DNA from: Saprolegnia diclina VS20
Taxonomy: Eukaryota
Reading direction: 5' to 3'
Assembly: GCF_000281045.1 (NCBI RefSeq)
Contig: NW_008246142.1
Span: 108,050-146,656 of the forward strand
DNA: 38,607 bases
Shown here in pieces: positions 32,266-38,607 of this stretch; positions within the stretch are counted from its first letter, which is position 1; each line of letters starts with the position of its first letter. The position numbers were made by a program, and so were the translations under genes. The notes beneath the pieces were generated by a model. The model made no database searches. It saw only the letters and a program-made list of their open reading frames with translations, and was not told the origin of the DNA.

Positions 32266-33345
32266 TTAAACGGCGCCCATGTACACGACGGTATCCCGGT
32301 CGCTAAAGCCGTCGCTCGAAATCGACGGGTCGCGCTCGTCGTCGGCGGCGTCCGAGCTTTTTGCGGATAAGAACGAATCGTTGTTGAGCTGCCGCGCGGT
32401 TTGCATGAGCGAGCTGTAGCTGCTGCGGTCTTCGGACCCCTGGTAGCCGCCGGTGATATCGCTGGCGTTGGAGCCGACGTCGCTTGCCATCGGGTCGGTC
32501 CCGACCGAGTCCCAGTTGTGCGAAACACGCGACTCGAGCATCGCGACCGAGTGGCCCGACTCGGCCGTCGGCCGCTCCAATGCGCGCTGCGGCGCCGGGC
32601 GCGCGACGTTGTCGTTCGGGTAGTCGTACACGTCGGGCAGCGGCGCCTTGAAGGATGACGCCAAGTACGGCGCGACGAGCGACGATGTCGGCGGCGGCGC
32701 AGGACCCGACGCATAGGTCGCGCGGCCGTACGTAGCGCGACCGTACGTCGTTGAGGCGTACCCGCGGTTGCTTTCCTTGACATCGTCGTCGTCGTCACCG
32801 TTGCCGTTGCGGCGCTGTACGAAAACGAGGAAGCCGACGAGGGCGACGAGCCCAATGACACCGACCGAGACGCCGACGGCAATGATCGTTGTGCTGGACG
32901 ACGAGTCGCTGGCGCCGTCGCCCGTCGTGGTGCTATTTGTAGAGCGCGGTTCCTTCGTCGTGGGCGGGGTCGTCGAGGTTGCGTCATTCACGGGCTCGGT
33001 CGTCGCAGCCGTCGGTGTCGGTTCTGTATGGGGTGGGCTGGTAGAAACCGTTGGGCTGGCAGGCGGTGTCGACGTCGATGGCGCGGGCGCGTTTGTGCTG
33101 GGCGCCGGCGGTTGCGGTGTTGCTTGCGACGGAGATGGCGACATCGATGGCGATGGCTTTGGCGCATCCGTTTTGGGCGACGGCGCGGGCGACGGACTCG
33201 GCTCGGGCGCCTTGGTGCTCGGCGACGGGCTCGGCGTCATGCTTGGCACGGGCGACGGCACGCTGGTCGTCGGCACCGTCGTCGTCACGTTGCTCTGCGC
33301 AAGCGCCATGGCCGCCACCCACGCGAGCAGTAGCCACAGCCGCAT
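32266..33345 (-). CDS. Mucin-like type I membrane protein C, 359 aa
   Basis: Signal MRLWLLLAWVAAMALA; S/P/T stalk; TM IIAVGVSVGVIGLVALVGFLVFV; QRRNGNGDDDDD tail homologous to protein B. Confidence 0.85.
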   Translation of the reverse strand: MRLWLLLAWVAAMALAQSNVTTTVPTTSVPSPVPSMTPSPSPSTKAPEPSPSPAPSPKTDAPKPSPSMSPSPSQATPQPPAPSTNAPAPSTSTPPASPTVSTSPPHTEPTPTAATTEPVNDATSTTPPTTKEPRSTNSTTTGDGASDSSSSTTIIAVGVSVGVIGLVALVGFLVFVQRRNGNGDDDDDVKESNRGYASTTYGRATYGRATYASGPAPPPTSSLVAPYLASSFKAPLPDVYDYPNDNVARPAPQRALERPTAESGHSVAMLESRVSHNWDSVGTDPMASDVGSNASDITGGYQGSEDRSSYSSLMQTARQLNNDSFLSAKSSDAADDERDPSISSDGFSDRDTVVYMGAV

Positions 33346-34372
33346 GCGTGAAGTTGTCGGTCAAAGGTAAAGTCCCGCGCGGTATAAGAGAGGTACAGAC
33401 GCCATGGTGTAAATTCTTGACAGCTGCTGCATACAAAAACCAAGTCGAGTGGCATCCGGCTCTTGTCACGACGGTGTGTCCGTCAGACGTTCGTCGCGCT
33501 GGATATCGTTTGCCAGTTGCGTTCCTAGCACACCGGGACTGCGCTCAAACCTTGAATGACCATGCTGACGACGCTATCGAGTACGTTGGCGTCGACGGGG
33601 TACCAACCATGTTCAAGAATGGCGTCATTGCAAGGCATCTGATGCGGTCGATTGGAAAGGCCCAAGGGTATCGCTTCTGCTCGGTTCGATCGATCGGCCT
33701 TCGAACACTGGAAAGACATCTCTTGACTCATTGCTAGCGCAGTGTGCTTTGAAGCATGCGTCGAGCTCGTTCGTTCGTATTCAGTCCTTGGGTGTCGGCT
33801 GCTCCATTGACATCTTGGAGCATCTCGGAGCATGCGTTCGGAGAACTGATAGCCAATGGAGGTACTTCCTCCATTTCTCCGCCTTCAACGATCGAGCATC
33901 ATCGCGCAAGTTCTATCGCAAGCGCATCGTCGTGCGACGGCTTTGCGACCACACGTGTGCTGCGTTGATAGAATCAACCGTCACGTTCGAGCTCTCTGGG
34001 TGTGCCACGTCATGGCGTCGACGGTTTCACTTTGCACTTCGATAACATTCGCCAAAAGCATTCGTTTCAAATCGCGGCTGCTTGGCTGCCTTCGCTTTGT
34101 CCAGATCTATCGATGCTGGTGCATTTGTCACCAGTTGTTCCATTCGTATATTTTATCGGCGTCTAATTTAGCTTTATTCTTGTCAAGTCTTTAGGTGACG
34201 TGCACCATACAACAACGCGGAAGCCGACTGATGGATATCCCCTTGACGTCGTTGCAAACCAACCAAGCAGACACTGGCCAAATTTCCGTGCCTGTTTCTA
34301 GTCCTCGAATGGCCTCGTGCGCCAAAAAGCCACTCGACAACCATTTTCCTAAAAGTACACTACATTGGTTGC

Positions 34373-36785
34373 TTACATATCTTCGTCCTTCACCGAGGCG
34401 GCAAGGTTGTAGTCACCATATTCGTCAAGCGGATCGAAGCGGCGGTGGAGGGGCGTGTCCGATTCCAACGACGAGTGACAAGACACATAAATCGCACGGA
34501 CGCGGTTGGGATTCTGGAGCTTGTTGATGTCCGTCGGAACAGCGCGGGACGTGACAAGAAAGTGCACGAACGACTTCATGAAACAGAGCTCGTCGAGCCA
34601 CGAGACGAAGGCAGGCGACGCCACCAGTGCGTCAATCCCGTCCAGAACGACCAGCGTCGCCGGGTTGAACTCGTGCAGCCTAATCACAAATAACTAGAAC
34701 ATGAGGTACCACAAGGGGTGTCGTACATTCCACGGTCGACGGTTGCAGCCAGCCACGTGTCCACTTGGAGCTTGAGCGCGGCGAGGGTAGTATCGGCCGC
34801 GCAAGCGCACGCCGCAGAGCTGGGCGGCACACGAATGAACGTGATTCCGCGAGGAAACACACGGCGAAACTCGAGCGCCCGGGCGGCGCTGCACGCCAGT
34901 TGCGTCTTTCCCGCGTCCTGCGGACCATGGAGCCACACGATAGACGTCTTCTTGGCCGCAAAGAGGCCGCAAACCTACGCAAAGGTGACGCACTTGAATC
35001 ATCGTTGGGTTTGAACCAGTCCTTCTTCGATTTGGCGCTCCTTGTACTCCTACGCAGTCCATCGTCGTGACAGCAGGCGACAACGAGGTCGACGCACATG
35101 GACTTCTTTCGGGAGCTCGTCGCGACGAAGGCGCGGAAACGGATCGCCATGCACAACGTCCGAGTCGTGGAAGGTCGATGGAAAAATGACCTCCGAGTGG
35201 TCGGCGCCGCGCGGCAGCAACACGAAGTTGTCGGCTTCCTAGCACAGCGCCGAGATAGTAGGTCGGGCGCACGTTGGGCACGAGACCTCGTCGGCATCCT
35301 TGATATCGGATTCGCGGACGCTTGCTTGCGCATGGGAGACGCTCGATGCGACGCTGCGCCCGCTGGCCAGACTTTGGTGGAGCGTCCTAGTCGAGAACCA
35401 TTAACCACCCTATCCTGTGGTTAAAAAATACCAGGCAAAGACATTGACGGCGTCCTCGTCGATGGCCCATTTCGCACTGATGGCAACAACGTGCTTGACG
35501 CCAGCTGCAAGGAACGCGGGGGCTACATGCAAGCAAGCATGACTCGATCGAGTCGAGGTCGACGTACCCATCGTCTCCGAGTGGCACGCCAGCAGGATGA
35601 CGAGTCGAGGCTTGTCGGTCTTGAAGTACTTGACGACCTCTTGAACATGGACAAGATCGCCCGCCATCTTGTTGTTTTCGAAAAGAAGGGCGCCTTCCTT
35701 GATCCCGTGCCCGGCAAAGTGGAGCACCGAGCAGCCCTCGAGCTCAACTTGCTGAAGGTTGGACCGCGTCGCCACGAGCGGGCGCACAGCGACAGCTACG
35801 GCAGACAGAACATGTCCATTTGGCAACACAGAGCGCATGTTGTACGGGCGGTCGTCGAGCGCTGGTACGATTGTTCGCCGTGCTACCATAAAGAATCATC
35901 AAACAAAATGCAGACGACCCAACACCACGGACCTCGGCGTAAGAGGCGACGGCCAAGCCTTTCACGACGGCTTCGTACTCGGCCTCGACATCCGCATGCT
36001 ACAAATGTCGATCGTTGAGAGCTTTGTGTCGAGCCGCGCATATACATACACTGCATAGGACGAGGCCGCCTTTGGGCGCCATGACGAGGTACGGCGAGGC
36101 GTACATGAACGTCTAGACAAGCCCGATATGAAGAACACTCGCACGAAGTAGGTGCATACCACAAAGCGCCGCGTAGACCGTCTTGGCGCGCCTTCATGCT
36201 GCACTGTCGCCGGTGCGGGCGTCACCGGCGCTGCGGGTCGAGGCTGACGCGCTGGCGTCGAGGTTGTGCGAGATGGCGCCGCCACGGGCATGTGATGCGT
36301 CCTACGAGAATGTGCATGAGCTCCGAACGCGCATGGTCGTCGTACTTGATCTTCTTCGCCTTGGGTTCGCCAGCCTTCTCGAGGCGTGTCCGGTACGCTC
36401 GCCGCGCTTCTTGCAGCAGCGCCAAGATGCGACGAGCCTCGCCGGCACCGGACAGCTTGCTGATGACCTCGCACATCGCGGACGCGGCGACACGGTACGT
36501 GGTCTTGGAGTCCACGGATACGACCGTGACTTGGTCGTCGTTGAGCATCCACAGGTTGCGCTTGACCCGGAGCGAGTGGGCAGACGCGCCGCTGTCAAGA
36601 CCGAGAGTCTCGCACATGTCGCCAACGTCGACGAGCTCGGTGGACGGCTTGATGAAGAAGGCCACCCAGTTCATGACCGTCTCCGTTGGCAGCTTGTCGT
36701 CCGTGAGCACGAAGCGTGCGAGGTCCTCGATCGTGGCCGACGGGTTAGCACTCAAGTAGCGCCCGACCTTGAGCGCCTGCGCCAT
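34373..36785 (-). CDS. CHAT (caspase-like) protease + STAND/NB-ARC-like P-loop NTPase protein with N-terminal extra domain, about 12 exons
   Basis: Manual splicing over 11 short GT..AG introns keeps the frame from ATG 36785: ...RRFV|TFMYASPYL...LCS|HADVEAEYEAVVKGL...VATRSNLQQVELEGCSVLHFAGHG...LLFEN...PRLVILLACHSETM|APAFLAAGVKHVVAI...IDEDAVNVFAW|TLHQSLASGRSVASSVSHAQ...NFVLLP...ELPKEVH|EYKERQIE...IVWLHGPQDAGKTQLA...FPRGITFI...TLVVLDGID...FLVTSR. Confidence 0.8.
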
Positions 36786-36971
36786 GGCCACAGTCGCTGA
36801 GCTAAAGCAAAAGATGCCAGAATGTACCTCGGAGCCCTGGTCTTCAAGCCGACCCGACCTGCGAGCATCGACGCAGGAGCAGAATCGCGTGTTTCATTTA
36901 TCTTAGTTTGAGTATACTTTGCGTTGAGTGTTTTTAGAGTCGTTTCAAACACTAAAGTTGCGTTAATTCAG

Positions 36972-38284
36972 TCAATACCAAAATCTCACATTGTTAATGC
37001 TCTCCCCATTCTCGCAGTCTACAACAACGCATCCAAGCGCTCGGCAAATGACAGAAACGCCGAGTACAATGATGGCCTTTCTACAACACACCGTTCGCCC
37101 TGCCTTGAGCTCCTGCCTTGCGATCCAGTCGCACAAGACTGTTGCTATAGCACTCTTCGATAAAACAACAACATTCTGTAATGAAAAAGTTATTAGCTCG
37201 GTCGCCAAGGCGGCCACGATGGCTTTGACGAGCGCGGTCGTGGGGTCGTCTCGGGGCGGAAGCCTTTGGATCTCGCGGGCGTCATCGACTTCGTGCTGAT
37301 TGGCTTTGATGCAACCAAGGAGTTTGGTCATGGCCGCCGGGACCGCCGCCGCGACAGTTGCGTCGACGCCAGCTTGGAACTTGCTACTGTGGGTCCACAC
37401 AACACCGACGGAGCTCGTCACACGGCTCTGTGTCTGCGTCGGGACATCCAACTGCACGTCATAGCGCACTTCCACCTAGAACCCATGAACCCTACCCCGC
37501 CTAGGGCTAGGGGTCGTACCGAGGATACGAGTGCGCCATGACAAACTAAGATCAATGGATTGAAAGGCGCAAAAAGGGCAGTCGTGATGTGACGATGTGA
37601 GATGGCTCTGCGGGCAGCAGCGGTGATTGGTCACATTTTGACGAATACGAGCTCGCGAGGAATCCTTTTCAACCAATTAGCGGCGAAAACAGTTGAAATT
37701 TGTTGGCTTGCCAACATTTTGGATGCAACACGTATGCAAGTTCGCCGTAAGAAGCTAGGGATACACGTCCAACCCTAAATGCGTGCTTGGCGCGGCGACG
37801 GAGTGCCATTGTGTCGTCGTCTTGGTCGCGCGGGCGCTTGGAACGGCCGGCTGAAGCGACGTTCTCGGAGCCGCCATTCGCAAACCCATTGAACGGGTTG
37901 TGTTGTTGCGGATGAGAATCGAGGGCTCTTCCATGGAGTCCTGTCGGAGTAGCTCAAACGCCTTGGGACCTGCAAGCGCGATCACAGCCTTGAAGGATGC
38001 GCACGTCTCAACCACTGCAGACCCGAGTCAATAAGTCGCACACCACCACCGGCCAACTGAGTTGGCGGCGAAGCTGGTCCATCTCTTCCTCGGCGGTCTT
38101 CAGCTGGTGCTCAAGATCGGCGACCCGTTGCATGGCGGCCTTCTTCTGGTCGGGCTGGATCTGTTCCATCACTTTTGCGGCTGCGAGCTTCACCTCGGCA
38201 ATCGCGAGCTGCTTCAAGAGCTCGTGGTAAAGCTCATCAACGGCTTTGGTGACCTTGGCCGTCTGAGGCGAGTGGGTCCTGGCT
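36972..38284 (-). CDS. Probable intron-containing coiled-coil gene (one or two genes; boundaries unresolved)
   Basis: Exon-like blocks follow YAG acceptors: ..KVTKAVDELYHELLKQLAIAEVKLAAAKVMEQIQPDQKKAAMQRVADLEHQLKTAEEEMDQLRRQL (about 38060-38284), VETCASFKAVIALAGPKAFELLRQ (about 37900-38016) and VEVRYDVQLDVP...ALVKAIVAALATEL (about 37190-37475). No convincing start was found. Confidence 0.4.
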
Positions 38285-38607
38285 ACAAGACGTCAAATTG
38301 AAGAATGATGCGACCACCCGCAGTGCGCCCATGAGCTGTGCCCAGTGCGCCCAACGTTGAGGGCGTCCCTCGTTGGTGTCCCTTGGCACGGTGCAGTCCG
38401 GTACGAACATGGACTGTGTCGCGAAAACAAGGATATTACCTAAATGTATAGAAAAATAGTCCTATTTAGGACATACTTCCTAGTTTCACCTCGCATCCTG
38501 ATGGCGATGCGCCATGCCATTGGTGCAAATGCGTGTCTTTTCGGCGGCCTTTTCAGCCAATTGACGAGAGGAGCTGTCCAAGATATTACCGACCGATGGC
38601 ATCGCCC

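Noticed and set aside
34373..36785. Bacterial contamination or a prokaryotic defence operon as the source of the CHAT-STAND gene
   Set aside because: The gene is broken by 11 spliceosomal-type introns of the same size class as those in Rab11 and neighbouring genes.
37490..37515. CCCTA/TAGGG telomere-like text
   Set aside because: Only two or three imperfect units, within a probable short intron.

Overview
Eukaryotic, GC-rich, gene-dense DNA with very short (about 42-52 nt) GT..AG introns and oomycete-type INR/FPR core promoters. It most resembles a Saprolegniales water mould; this is inferred from gene content and style, not from a database match. Contents in order: 5' part of a multi-pass membrane gene; WDR54-like WD40 gene; two head-to-head secreted S8 subtilase + double ricin-B lectin genes whose last lectin module is nearly identical in DNA; Rab11; a MARVEL-like 4-TM gene; an intronless bacterial-type acyltransferase-3 + SGNH (OatA/OafA-like) gene; a chimeric elicitin-like/mucin/TM/MARVEL-like gene; two leaderless elicitin-like genes with GPI-like tails; an FBF1-like coiled-coil gene with five FPW repeats; a RING finger gene; a small single-pass protein; three tandem mucin-like type I membrane proteins; an 11-intron gene fusing a putative DNA-binding domain, a caspase-like CHAT protease and a STAND P-loop NTPase (NLR-like, not visible as one ORF in the track); and a poorly resolved coiled-coil gene. 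There are two assembly gaps. No RNA genes, CRISPR arrays or recognisable transposase were seen. Exon models were read by eye.
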